From contig NIVC01002946.1 in the NCBI GenBank assembly GCA_002269645.1, positions 1-64,000 of the forward strand: a stretch of 64,000 nt of DNA. The letters run 5' to 3'. A model generated the notes under the pieces. That model was not told the origin of the DNA and ran no database searches. It worked only from the letters and a program-made list of their open reading frames with translations. Position numbers and translations under genes: made by a program. Origin of the DNA: Macrostomum lignano (Eukaryota). Shown piece by piece: positions 1 to 36,469 of this stretch. Each line of letters starts with the position of its first letter. Within the stretch, counting starts at the first letter, position 1.

Positions 1-560
1 ATGGGACAGAGGGAGACAGACATGGGACAGAGGGAAGACAGACATGGGACAGAGGGAGACAGACATGGGACAGAGGGAGACAGACATGGGACAGAGGGAG
101 ACAGACATGGGACAGAGGGAGACAGACATGGGACAGAGGGAGACAGACATGGGACAGAGGGAGACAGACATGGGACAGAGGGAGACGACATGGGACAGAG
201 GGAGACAGACATGGGACAGAGGGAGACAGACATGGGACAGAGGGAGACAGACATGGGACAGAGGGAGACAGACATGGGACAGAGGGAGACAGACATGGGA
301 CAGAGGGAGACAGACATGGGACAGAGGGAGACGGAGATGGGACAGAGGGAGACGGAGATGGGACAGAGGGAGACAGATGGGACAGAGGGAGACAGACATG
401 GACAGAGGGAGACGGAGATGGGACAGAGGGAGACGGAGATGGGACAGAGGGAGACGGAGATGGGACAGAGGGAGACAGACATGGGACAGAGGGAGACAGA
501 CATGGGACAGAGGGAGACGGAGATGGGACAGAGGGAGACGGAGATGGGACAGAGGGAGAC
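1..560. repeat. 21-bp minisatellite ATGGGACAGAGGGAGACAGAC
   Basis: Direct tandem units; explains ORFs 1..735 and 44..685. Confidence 0.95.
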
Positions 561-1329
561 AGAGCTTCAGACGGGTACAATGGAAGGCAGAGAAGGCAGA
601 AGCAGGGGTAGATGGAAACGGTGGGTCTGCGCAGAGAGGTCTAAAATCAACACTTCAGCGTGTATCGAGACCTCCGGTTCTCTGAGAATCGGGGAGGAGG
701 TGACTGTGACTGTGTCTATTAAGGCAAACCGCTAAGTGCATCTTTTGCCCCAAAACTGATACGGCACTACAGCCAGAAGCTACAGCCGTCAACCCGCGGT
801 CTACCCCCCCCCCTTTAGCGCGTGTCCTCGAGGGGTCGGGGTGGCGGAGGCGGGGTTGGTGGGGAGGCCCAGTTTTTGACGGGAATGGGGGTCGGAGGCC
901 GTCGTGTGCAGAGGGGCCGCCTCCTGGCCAATGAGAGGTCGCCCTGTCTGCAAAATCTGCCAGGCCCTCTCCAAGCCAGAGCAGCCGCTGCAGCAGAAGG
1001 AGACGGTAATAAATCTATTCTCTGGGCAAGTCAAGGGTGCGCCTGTCTGCCAGCTTCTCTGACTCTTTTCTCGGCCTTCTTCCGATTGTCGTAAAGAAGC
1101 CATAATCCCCTAATCCCAGGCCTCTTAAAGCTTTTAATTCGGGAAAGAGAGAGCAGCGAAAGAATTTTTGAAAGTTAAAATTCTGCTGCCAGCAATCGGG
1201 GCTTTGATCTCGGGGGCGCATCGGGACGGCTGGGTAAGCGTTTGCGACTCGATTCCTGCTCGAATGGTCCGGAGTTCGAATCCACAATCTATAAAGTAAG
1301 CCTAATCTCATGTGTATAACATCTTATTG

Positions 1330-1725
1330 GATTAATCTTGCTTGTCTAATCTCACTGGTCTAATCTCACGAGTCTAATCTCATGGTATAATCTCGTGGTA
1401 TAATCTTACTGTTAAAATGTTACTGATCTTATCTCACGTATCTTAACTCATTTCACGCGTCTAATCTCACTGGCATGATCTCACGCGTCTAATCTCACTG
1501 ACATGATCTCACATGTCTAATCTCACTGACATGATCTCACATGTCTAATCTCACTGACATGATCTCACATGCCTAATCTCACTGACATGATCTCACGCGT
1601 CTAATCTCACTGATATGATCTCACGATTTAACATCACTAATCTAATTTCAAATGTCTCTGAGGTTTAATCTCAGGTATCTAATTTCACGTATCTAATCTC
1701 ACCTGCTGTCTAATCTCACTGACCA
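1330..1725. repeat. 28-bp minisatellite TCTAATCTCACTGACATGATCTCACATG with degenerate edges
   Basis: Core units at about 1455-1625, upstream of PDE8. Confidence 0.85.
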
Positions 1726-2183
1726 GAGTAGACGCCAAAGAGAGGCTGGCAATGAGATGGGGAGCAGGTAGACGGATTGCAGCCGCGGTGCCTGCTGCCA
1801 CAGTCAAGCAGACTCGGTTCTGAGAAGCGAACTGGCGAGCGTGGAAGGAGGGGAGGCGGTTGTTGGGGAGCGAGGCAGCTGCTGGAGACCAAACAGACTC
1901 GTGGCTCGTGAGCAGGGGGCGGCTGTCATGCTCAGAATTCCTGTTTAATTTGCAGGTCGGTCGGGTGGGTTGGGGAAAGGCGAGGGAGATGGCGAGCGGC
2001 AGGAGGGGGAGGAGGGTCTGTAGGTACAGCCGGCTTTGATACCCCGCAGCTCCCCGCAGCACCCGACGGAGCAGACGGGAGAGCGGCAAGGCTGGGATTT
2101 CGGGCCCTGAGCAGTTTTCAAACAACACGCAGTTCTGGATCAAATATCCAGCATCCGCCATCCCCCATCCTACAGGAGCTCTC

Positions 2184-2243
2184 GAACCCCAGCCGGAACC
2201 CCAGCCGGAACCCCAGCCGGAACCCCAGCCGGAACCCCAGCCA
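2184..2243. repeat. 12-bp repeat GAACCCCAGCCG x5, just upstream of the PDE8 ATG
   Basis: Units at 2184, 2196, 2208, 2220, 2232. Confidence 0.95.
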
Positions 2244-2261
2244 GGACATCCGGGCAAAACC

Positions 2262-19483
<17,222 letters not shown>

Positions 19484-19550
19484 AGGCATCTCATAAGTAT
19501 TTCACATTACAACTGACTTGGCTAGTGAGCTCTGTATCTACGCCGCCATA

Positions 19551-19564
19551 GTTTCCATAGCAAC
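19551..19564. promoter_or_regulatory. RFX X-box just 3' of the PDE8 stop
   Basis: GTTTCCATAGCAAC fits GTTNCCATRGNAAC. Confidence 0.45.
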
Positions 19565-20049
19565 CCCAGCAATTGCACGCTCAGGTTCTACCGGCCTCCT
19601 GCAAGATTTACCATTGAAAAAGTGAAATATATTGACAAGGCAACGCAGAGACGAAGACGCTTTGCGTATTTTTTATTCTCATTTGTGAGTCAGATCCGCA
19701 ATTTTGATCTTATTCCGCTTTTTTTATTTTTCTTCAATTGCTTTAATACTGGAAGTTGCACTCTTATACAGTCCAGTGGCTTCCTCCAAGCATTTCAAGC
19801 GGGCTGCCAACAGAATACGAGTCTGAAATCCCATTATGCATAAATCATTCCGCGGCGTGAGGGCTACACTACTATGAGTAATAGAATGAGTAATAGAAAG
19901 CAGCAACTGTTGATACTGGTAGCTGCTATTTTTTTGATCTGTGGAAAAGCAGAGGTTGTCACAGCAGAAAGCGTGTACTGAGAGCTGAAGCGGGTGAGCA
20001 TTTTTGTGGCGTCCTGTTCGACAGTCGATTTATTATCCTCAAATCCTCA

Positions 20050-20475
20050 AGTCTGATCCCAATGTCTGATCCCAATGTCTGATTCCAATTTCTGATCGCA
20101 ATGTCGGATCCCAATGTCTGATCCCAATGTCTGATTCCAATGTCGTATTCCAATGTTTGATCCCAATGTCTAATTCCAATGTCTGATCCCAATATCTGAT
20201 CCCAATGTCTGATCCCAATGTCGGATCCCAATGTCGGATCCCAATGTCTGATCCCAATGTCTGATCCCAATGTCGTATTCCAATGTTTGATCCCAATGTC
20301 TAATTCCAATGTCTGATCCCAATATCTGATCCCAATATCTGATCCCAATATCTGATCCCAATGTCTTGATCCCAATATTTGATCCCAATGTCCGATCGTA
20401 ATGTTTGATCCCAACGTCAAATCCCAAGGTCAAATCCCAACGTCGAATCCCTATGTCTGATCCCAAAGTCCCAAT
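20050..20475. repeat. 13-bp minisatellite GATCCCAATGTCT between the converging PDE8 and PRDM8 3' ends
   Basis: Direct reading. Confidence 0.93.
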
Positions 20476-20586
20476 GTGACGCACATCACATCTCACAAGC
20501 GCAGAGCCAAAACTACGGTGTTGAGCAGCTCAGAGAATTTTAATGAGCTGCCGAAGCCAAAGGATCCCCCAACTCGGCGGTGCCTC

Positions 20587-26962
<6,376 letters not shown>

Positions 26963-27124
26963 GGCGTGTGCTTGCGGCCTCTCTGCTCCGGCTTTGGTGG
27001 GATGGCTCACTGGCTTGCTTCTGGAATGGGAGAATAATGTGGGGATATAGATGGCGTTGATATCGCCTCAGATCCAGCTTAAAAATGACACACTGATCAG
27101 CCTCATCAACCTCGAAACTAAGCT

Positions 27125-27480
27125 TCAGCCTCAGTTTCAGGCGCCAAAATGGCATTGCCGATTGGCTCCAGCCTCAGTTTAGGCGCCAAAATGGCATTGC
27201 CGATTGGCTCCAGCCTCAGTTTAGGCACCAAAATGGCATTGCCGATTGGCTCCAGCCTCAGTTTAGGCGCCAAAATGGCATTGCCGATTGGCTCCAGCCT
27301 CAGTTTAGGCGCCAAAATGGCATTGCCGATTGGCTCCAGCCTCAGTTTAGGCGCCAAAATGGCATTGCCGATTGGCTCCAGCCTCAGTTTAGGCGTCAAA
27401 ATGGCATTGCCGATTGGCTCCAGCCTCAGTTTAGGCGTCAAAATGGCATTGCCGATTGGCTCCAGCCTCAGTTTAGGCGT
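27125..27480. repeat. 42-bp minisatellite AGGCGCCAAAATGGCATTGCCGATTGGCTCCAGCCTCAGTTT
   Basis: About 8 units. Confidence 0.95.
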
Positions 27481-29496
27481 CCATTATTTTCAGGGTCTCC
27501 AAGATCTACCGCTCAAGGTCAAAATGCTCAAACAGAGGATGAAAAGTGATGAAGCAGGCTGGCTGGGATAAATTACGACTATTTTTAGTTGGCATCCGTG
27601 CAGCCTCCGGAGGGCTTCATCAGCGCTTCATTCATTGCCAAGTGGCGCTCTGAAGTGCTGCTGAGAGCAAAACAAAATATGCTGCAGAGCAGATTTCTGA
27701 GCGGGCGCGGGTCATTATGCTCTTCGCCCTGCCTGCGCAGCAACCTACTGAGCGCACTCTGCTGCAGCCTGTTATGGGGGATTTGCTCCCGTGGGGATAT
27801 TTGTGTAAAGATGGGCAAGCAGGGGGACCGGTGGGCCGTCTTGCCCGTCGCGATCTCCCTGGGCGAGGAGAATTCGACAGCGACTTCACCGAACTTGACG
27901 TGGCCGGGGCTATTTAGCCGAGCTCCAGGCCAGTGAGCCCCCCCCCGCGTCCCCTCCTAGTAGCACAGAATCCCCAGAAATTTGGCCCAGAAATGGACAG
28001 AAATGGACGTATGGGATTTTCGGATTATCTCTATATGGACAACTGCCGCGGCTGGGAGGGTGACTGGGATTAGATGGGACAGGTAATTACGGACAAGATT
28101 CAGCAGCTTCTGGGGAATCGATGGCAAGCAATCTTCCCGGAGTCTGGACGAATTTGCATCATCGGCTGCTGCTGATGACGGGCCCGGGGCTGGGCAAATT
28201 GTCCTGCGCAGTCTAAGATATCGAGCTGGTGCCTTCATCTTCTGTTTATGGTGCACGCATGCAGCAGCTCGATCAGCACCAACAACAGGCTTACCGTTGC
28301 GACAGAGAAGACGCTTCTCCAAGCAGTTTGATAGTTCTCAATGCCAGTAAACTCGGGCGATGAGGTCAGATGGGGGAGAGCAGCAACTGCTGGCCTGAGC
28401 AGAGGGAAATAAAGAGACGCAAAGCCGACCGAGGGCCGGGGTTCGAGCCAGCCAATCGGGAAGGGCCGAATGGTGAGGAGACCCGGAACCCCAGACCAAG
28501 TGTCTCAAGGATACTTGAGATGTGCCGATTTTGTAAAGTTTTGGATAAATGCTGCGGTGCGGACCCCGCTAAAAATGCATTCAAGACAGGTTAATTTTGG
28601 GCTGAGTTCGACAAGTGATCAAACTCGGGATATGTATGATGTCATTTGTCACAGCAAAGCGTTTCCGAATCAACTTTTTTCTGCTTTCAAAACTTATTGG
28701 GTTTTTATTTGAAGCAAATTCAGAATGCGGCTCGTATTAAAGACCAAGACAAAGTTTGCAAAAACTTCTGTGAAAACAAATTCCCCCAGAAACTTGAGGC
28801 CTTGGCCCAGAGGCACGACCCGAGATGCCAGTACTATTCTATTTTATAGGAGCTATTACACTCGTAGTGTCTTATAGAAACTGGGCTTAGTGGAGTCGGC
28901 TTCCATTCCAGAGCCCCAGTTCAATGCTGTCCCTGGCTGGGGGCGCCAGTCCGGGGGGGGGAAGGCGAAGTTTTGCCACTAAACAATTAGATTTATCCCA
29001 GACCAACACTCGGCCTCTTTAGACCTTCGAAGAGTGAAGTGGCCGCCTCAGCGCATATGTCCGCTTATAATAAACTGGGTTAGGGGGTGGGGGGTGGGGC
29101 GCAGAGTCTTCCAGGCCACGCGGGTTGGAGCTGCCAGCGACTGAATGCCTATTAATTTCCATATTTCTTTCTCGGGACTCTTCGGTCCCGCGCAAGCTCC
29201 ACCGGTTTCGAGCCACCAGCTCCTTGGCGTCCCCTCCTCTCCACCCTCCCTATCTCCCCACTCCAGGCAGCTGGTCCGCTCGATCGTCCATCTTCCTCTG
29301 CGCCGGCCTCTCCTGACTCTTCCACGATCGCTGCGTCTGATCAGAGAGTCGCTTATTCTCAAGTAGCCCTGCTGCCTCCCTGCCCGGTTGAGCGAGAGGG
29401 GCGACTGTGGAGTAGCGGCTCAGAATTGGGACCGATTTGATGCCCTGGTGCCCGCATCTGGCGCAGTCTAGATATCTCCTTTGCCGGTCTGAGTAC

Positions 29497-30722
<1,226 letters not shown>

Positions 30723-33336
30723 AGAGTGGCTGTTTCATGCATTCAAATTTATCTATCAGAGCTCGTACTGGACAGCAAGTTAGCCCACCGCATCTCAGGC
30801 CAGCAGAGGCTCGGGAGCAGATTAGCAGTTATCATCCATCACACAAAGCAGCGAACGCCGGGAGCAGTGTCGACAAGCTGCGCTCAGCAGGGTCTTAACC
30901 TTCTCGCCTCGCGCTGCATTTTTCCTGCTCCCGTGATTGATTTCTCCGCCCCTCTCCCTCTCTCTCGGTCCAATTCCGCGAGATCATTTCGTGGAGCATC
31001 AACTAAAGCTCTGCATTCTGACGCATGTGCGGATTAGACAAATTGCGACGAATGAGACTGCATGCGCGCCGTCTCTCGGTTGAATGGAGTCCCAGTTTAA
31101 TTGAAGTTTTGAAAAATAGAGAGGAGCTGGAAATCTTTAATCGGGCGGGGCGAACTCGGCCGCGCATGGGATTTTGCTAATCTTCTGGTCAAAGCGGAGC
31201 CTTCCATAACTTCAGCCAGTTGCGTCAATACCTGCAGATTTAACTGGCTCGTATATTGGAAGGGAATAAGCCAACTGCAAGCAGCTTTCTAATCTCAAGT
31301 CAGCTTTTTTTCAAACAAATGCGAAAGAATTCTGGGTCAATACTGCGTATTATTGTTGATAGTAACAGACGTACATGCAGAAAACGGTGTTTTACTCAAA
31401 TAACAGTTTTGTAAGAATCGCGCTGAAAATTTCAACTTGCGATTGCTACTTAAACAAAGTAATTGAACTTGCATGAGAGACGCTATAATTACCAACGCAA
31501 AGAAATAACTCCTAGCTTTTTACGAGTACATTAACATTTGAAATTCAGGAGATTAATAGGCAGGTTATTAAAAGGCATCTGATATCATAAGCTGCAGGGT
31601 GGTCCGAAGACGCAGCGGGGGGAGGCGAGCGTCTTGTCATTCCGCTAGCTAGATGTGATGCCATTTATACATGACATATGTAACAGACATTTTTCGACCG
31701 ATACTCGAATAATATTGACTTGCAAAATACGGGTAAAACTTAGTGTTAATTACGTCGAGATAAAACATTATATTGCGCACATTTAAACTGTGACATGCTC
31801 TACTTACATGTCCATGAAATAATTTGCTGGATTGATAAAAGATGCGGAATGAATAATTAATAAATAATATGCTCTGAATATAATTATACTGGTCGAAAAC
31901 TCTTTATGAAGTCTCCACGAAATAGATTTTTGTTTATTAATTTTGTTAAGGTTAATTATTATTTTCTGCTGGTGCGCTAGTTCCAATATTTGTCAATTTA
32001 TCCTTTAATAATTACGACTGATAGTTCGTTAACTTACCGTTCAATTTAAATTCAAGTTCTAACTCAATTTATTCAAATCTTCTTTGATAGCGGTTTTGGC
32101 TCAGTCATTTGATCATAGCTTCGTTTTGTGGCTGCGATCTACCTTTCGTGACGTATTTAGTCTGGGAATTGATTATCGATACATTGGGGAACGTAACTTA
32201 TCAAGAAATTATTGGCATTGCTCTATCAGACCATCTCAGGGTACCGCTCTTCGACTGGTGCATGATAAGCAGTTTTGCCTTAGGCCAATTCTCGGAAAGC
32301 TACCGAAAGTTAAAGTTATTTGGGACTCTTGTCCACCCGGAAATAGAGGAACCATGCAGTCACTCCGCTCACTAAGAGTTCGCTGACAAGAGGTCCGTCT
32401 GAGCGAGGTGCTGAATCATCAGAGTGCTAGAGTGCATGTGAGTCATAGTCTGCCGACAAACAAAGACTCTAGGAACCAAGAGGCCCAGAGGAAAAACTAT
32501 ATTTCCGCGAACCATAGGGCCCATAGGAAATTATAGAGCACTCGCGACAGGAGGTCCATTTGAGCTCTGCGCCGGAATTAATATTCTTGGTATACTCGAC
32601 AGCAGTAGCCAAGTTAGCGTGAGTCGCAATTTCCTAGATCAAATTTAATATTCAATCCGGAATCTCTTATTTAAGTATACTACATATTACACTTGGTAGC
32701 AACGGTGGGATTTGCTAGCCAAGCCGTCAAGTTTAGTTAAGTAAAGACCCATAACATAAACATGTACACGTCGTAATTGGTCTTGCTTCATTTTATTTTA
32801 CGAGCGTAGTTGCAGTAATTATATAAGTGTACTTACACAGCAGTGTAATTTGCATTTTGGACTGATCAAGAAAGATTTTTTTCCATTGCCCATGTTTTGA
32901 ACTAGATATTTTAAGTAAGACCACTTCTACAGTGCTAGGAGGATTGAAGTTATCGTTTATTAAGTTTTACAATGGACGGACGTGTAGCAGCGCGAGATTG
33001 TAACACAATGAGTATAAATTTCATGTAAGCATGGCATGTAAATTCTGAATTTTGAGCCATTCTTTTCGTTTATTTATTTGTTATCAGTAAACAAATGCGA
33101 TTCCAAAAACTTTCCAAGGGTAAGTGTGACAAGATAATTCAGATGCAGAACAAGAAACCGCGGCGCTTGCGTGACTTTCGTAATCAGAAATTTTAACATA
33201 TTTAATATAAGGTAAGTAAAACAAATGCAATATTACAAAAAATGCTTATTAAGTAAGATACGAATTTAAAGCAGTTTAAAGTCCTAATTAAAAATATAAA
33301 ACTTTTTATTTATCTTTTATTTTCATCTTTTGGAAG

Positions 33337-33379
33337 TGACTCATGTCTAAAAATAGTGCTTTGTCGCGCACTTATTTAA
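33337..33379 (+). promoter_or_regulatory. Putative bZIP-gene promoter: AP-1 site with adjacent ETS core, and TATA-like box
   Basis: GGAAG-TGACTCA (TGACTCA 33337-33343) and TATTTAA 33373-33379, about 125-170 nt upstream of the donor at 33506. Confidence 0.35.
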
Positions 33380-33679
33380 CGCTTGGAATTTCACAATCTT
33401 TCACCGATCCATCGCTTTCGAACAGCTATCAAGTTTACGAGTCCGCCGAGTAAACTTCCCGAGTCAGCTTTGCCTTTACCGGCAGAATCATTACACAAGT
33501 AACTGGTGAGTTGAAGGATTCGAAAAGGAAGATCTGTCTTCCCGCTAAAGTTTTAGTTGCAACTGGTGGCAACTCTGCTAATTGGAATTTGTTTTCGAAA
33601 TGATTTCAGATCTAACAGTCGAGATTCAGTCGTCAGACGCAACCCAGTCTTATTCGAGCGGCCGTTGCACCAAAAGAAA

Positions 33680-33838
33680 ATGCCCAGTCAAACCCAGAGT
33701 AATGACGCAAAAATACACGACGCTGTTCGCCGAGTCTCGTGGCGAGATTGGTGCCACAGGCCGCAGAATCCTTTCCACGAGCCGTTCGCCGTTGTCCGGC
33801 CGTCCGCGCACTTCGCCCAATCGCTGTGGCCTATTTAG
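33680..33838 (+). other. Upstream ORF (52 aa) overlapping the bZIP ORF out of frame
   Basis: ATG at 33680 with A at -3; reads MPSQTQSNDAK...FAQSLWPI to TAG 33836-33838; first AUG of the predicted spliced mRNA. Confidence 0.55.
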
Positions 33839-34433
33839 CAGGACCAAGCCCGATGCTGACCCCGCTCCTGCAGACCTTGACCTGGACGACGACGCTCTTC
33901 TAAGTCTAATAAATCCTAAAATGGAGTCTCAAATATCGGTGCTTTCAACCGACAGTGGAATTCTCCCAAGCGACATTCGTAATTCATCATTTGTTGACGA
34001 TGTAATCGGAGAGCTGACTAGCCAAGGCATTTGCCACACGGACATCATCAGTGAGCCAAGCGAAGCGGAAGCTCCAGTGGTAGTGGCCATTCCCGCAAGT
34101 CCAGTTGAGTCCCGGAAGCGGAAGGCTTCATCACCTCTTGAGCTGCCAGTTCTGTCTCCAAATTCAATCAGTCCAGATGACCACAGCACACAGCAGGATC
34201 AAATTTACTCAAGAAGCAGCAATGTTGAAGATCTGAAGCGGATAAAGAACAATGAGGCATCAAGGAAGTCCAGGGCTAATCGCAAATATAAGAATGGCCT
34301 GAAAGAGGAAGAAATTGCCACTTTGGAAGAAGAGAACCTCCGACTCAGTGTGCTGCTGAAGGACTTCAGCCAAGTTGCTGCCACTTGCAAGAGGTGGCTT
34401 GTTCAGAAGATGGAAAATCCTGCCAAGGTTTAA
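33702..34433 (+). CDS. bZIP transcription factor (ATF4- or C/EBP-PAR-like), about 243 aa if started at 33702
   Basis: C-terminal basic region KRIKNNEASRKSRANRK and zipper LEEENLRLSVLLKDFSQVAATCKRWL; acidic N-terminal segment; DSGILPS; KRKASSP. A putative 5'UTR intron 33506-33609 (G|GTGAGT...TTTCAG) removes the upstream starts at 33582/33600. Alternative in-frame ATG at 33921. Confidence 0.85.
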   Translation: MTQKYTTLFAESRGEIGATGRRILSTSRSPLSGRPRTSPNRCGLFSRTKPDADPAPADLDLDDDALLSLINPKMESQISVLSTDSGILPSDIRNSSFVDDVIGELTSQGICHTDIISEPSEAEAPVVVAIPASPVESRKRKASSPLELPVLSPNSISPDDHSTQQDQIYSRSSNVEDLKRIKNNEASRKSRANRKYKNGLKEEEIATLEEENLRLSVLLKDFSQVAATCKRWLVQKMENPAKV

Positions 34434-36469
34434 GCAATCTTTGTAACTTCATTTTTATCAATTGACAATTAAATTAGAAGTTTAAAGATCAACATTAGAG
34501 TTTTTACTGTTATTTTCTGTTTATTTCTGCTTTAATTCAATCTGTGTTCTGAATCCATCAATTCATATTTGTGATTTGCCATTGGATCTGAATTGATAAA
34601 TTTTCATGTGCTAAATTTTCAAAACACAAAAGTTAGAAAAAAGCACAAAATTGCGGCAAAAACTCTTCTTAAAAAGCTCCAGTTCTACTGGCATATTTTA
34701 AAAAATTGTCTTTACTTACTGTATGTGTTGCTTATTGACTGCAGGGATATTTTGTGAAACCTGGCAGTTAGAAATTTTCATTTTTTGTAAGTATTTTCTT
34801 TCATATGTTTATTAAAGTTAATAAAACTTGTACTCATACTCTTATTTTATGATTTCTTTTTTAGTAATTCTCATGCACCATCTTTTGTTGAAGCTTTGAA
34901 GTCAGAGAATTTCTTTGCACTGGTTTCATCATCTAAAAATTATTGTAATTCTGCATTATCTTAAATATCTTGCACCTAATATTTCACCAGTTAGTAGCCT
35001 ACATGAATGTTTTACAATAAAGATAGCTTATATTTGGTGTAAAATGTATTTAGATTCTGCTTATTTGAATCTTACACTTGAATTTTCTTTCTAAACTGGG
35101 GCTGTTAGGTGTTTATCAAAAATATATATTTAATAAGTTTCAAGTTTCTGGAATGTTGAATTTATGCATTTTTAAACATTATTTTCAAGTGTTCTTGTGG
35201 TTTCGCTACAAATAAAATTACAAGTGTTTTTAAACACTCTCAAATATTTTTTAATTTGAGTTCAATAACTATTAAACTTGTAAAAAGTGAATTATTATTT
35301 ACTTACTATTATTTTGGTATTAAAAATTACATACTAAAATAGTTTACATGTAATTACCTGATGGGAATTTCCTACTCAAAACTTCCCATTAGTAAAGAAC
35401 TCTTAGGAGTGCAAAAAATGCGAGAATTCTTTGCTTGCCATCCATTCTCATCGCGTCGCCGCGTGTGACCGCATGCAGCCCTGTCCCCCGTGTGGTGACC
35501 GTATGCACTGAATTGTTTTGCAGGCCTTGCTTGCACTCTTCAGTGCTTGAGTGAGCAGGGTGGGGGTTACAGTAGAGAGCTGTAAAGTGACGCTAGAATT
35601 TAGCCTGTCCCTCTCCTCATTGTTTGGTTGCCATGATGATAGCAGGCCAGGCAGTGCAGAGGTGAGGCAGACTGTAGTGCACTCAGGCGCGCTCTATTGC
35701 AAGTCTCTCTCTCCAGCAGCTATTCTTAGAAAATGACGAGAAATTGCACCACTGCATTCATTCACTCAGTTTCTTATCTTTCTGTAACTTTTTTAAATAC
35801 ATCTATAGTGTAATTACGATGCTTGTATAGATATTGTACACGGGTTAATGGCCGTTTGGAAAGGGCTTAAATTTGCTGTTTACATGTCAATACAGTATAC
35901 TTGCTATCTTGAAAACATAACTAAAATTTAGTTCTATGACTAAATGTACATGTGTACACACTTGATAGTCGTATCTGCAGCCTTACTGTACAAAATTCTG
36001 CACCTGGTAACTACAGGTAATGATAGAACAGGTGTGTGCAACAGCTTTTATCATTGCATATGAATAAGCTACATGTACTCTACTCAAAGCTACTCTACTC
36101 AAAGCTGCTATAAAGGCCTGTTGTTTGCATGTTCATACATGAACTACTCCCTATAAATAGTTTCATATAACCTATATTTCTACTAATAGTAGGCGACTTT
36201 GCACTTGCACAAGCAGTTTTGAGTGCTAAATGTGAAAATGCTAGCTTGTCTAATAAACATTTAAAAACCAAAGTAAAGGAACTTTTTTATTTTTGCAAAA
36301 AAATACAATTGCCAGGCAGCTCACTTATTTTCTAATGGGGTGCTACAAATGGTAACACTAGTTCCACATCAACTCAACACATATACGAGCTATGTAATTC
36401 ATTTCTCTCTAGCGAGTATGACATCATGTCTCTTCTTTTAACACTTTGCTATTTTTGTCCTTGTGGCCC

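Noticed and set aside
27855-27905. KRAB-A-like string VKFGEVAVEFS upstream of the PR exon (would suggest a PRDM9-like KRAB-PR layout)
   Set aside because: The following EEW...LY...NY residues are absent, and no phase-compatible splice to the PR exon was found. An HMM search with the KRAB profile would settle it.
32062-32075. ACTCAATTTATT, similar to part of a flatworm spliced leader as I recall it
   Set aside because: Only 12 AT-rich nt, recalled from memory, with no adjacent donor, Sm site or hairpin.
32084-32410. Short ORFs and possible snoRNA boxes upstream of the bZIP gene
   Set aside because: No recognisable domain, no proper RUGAUGA C box and no terminal stem.
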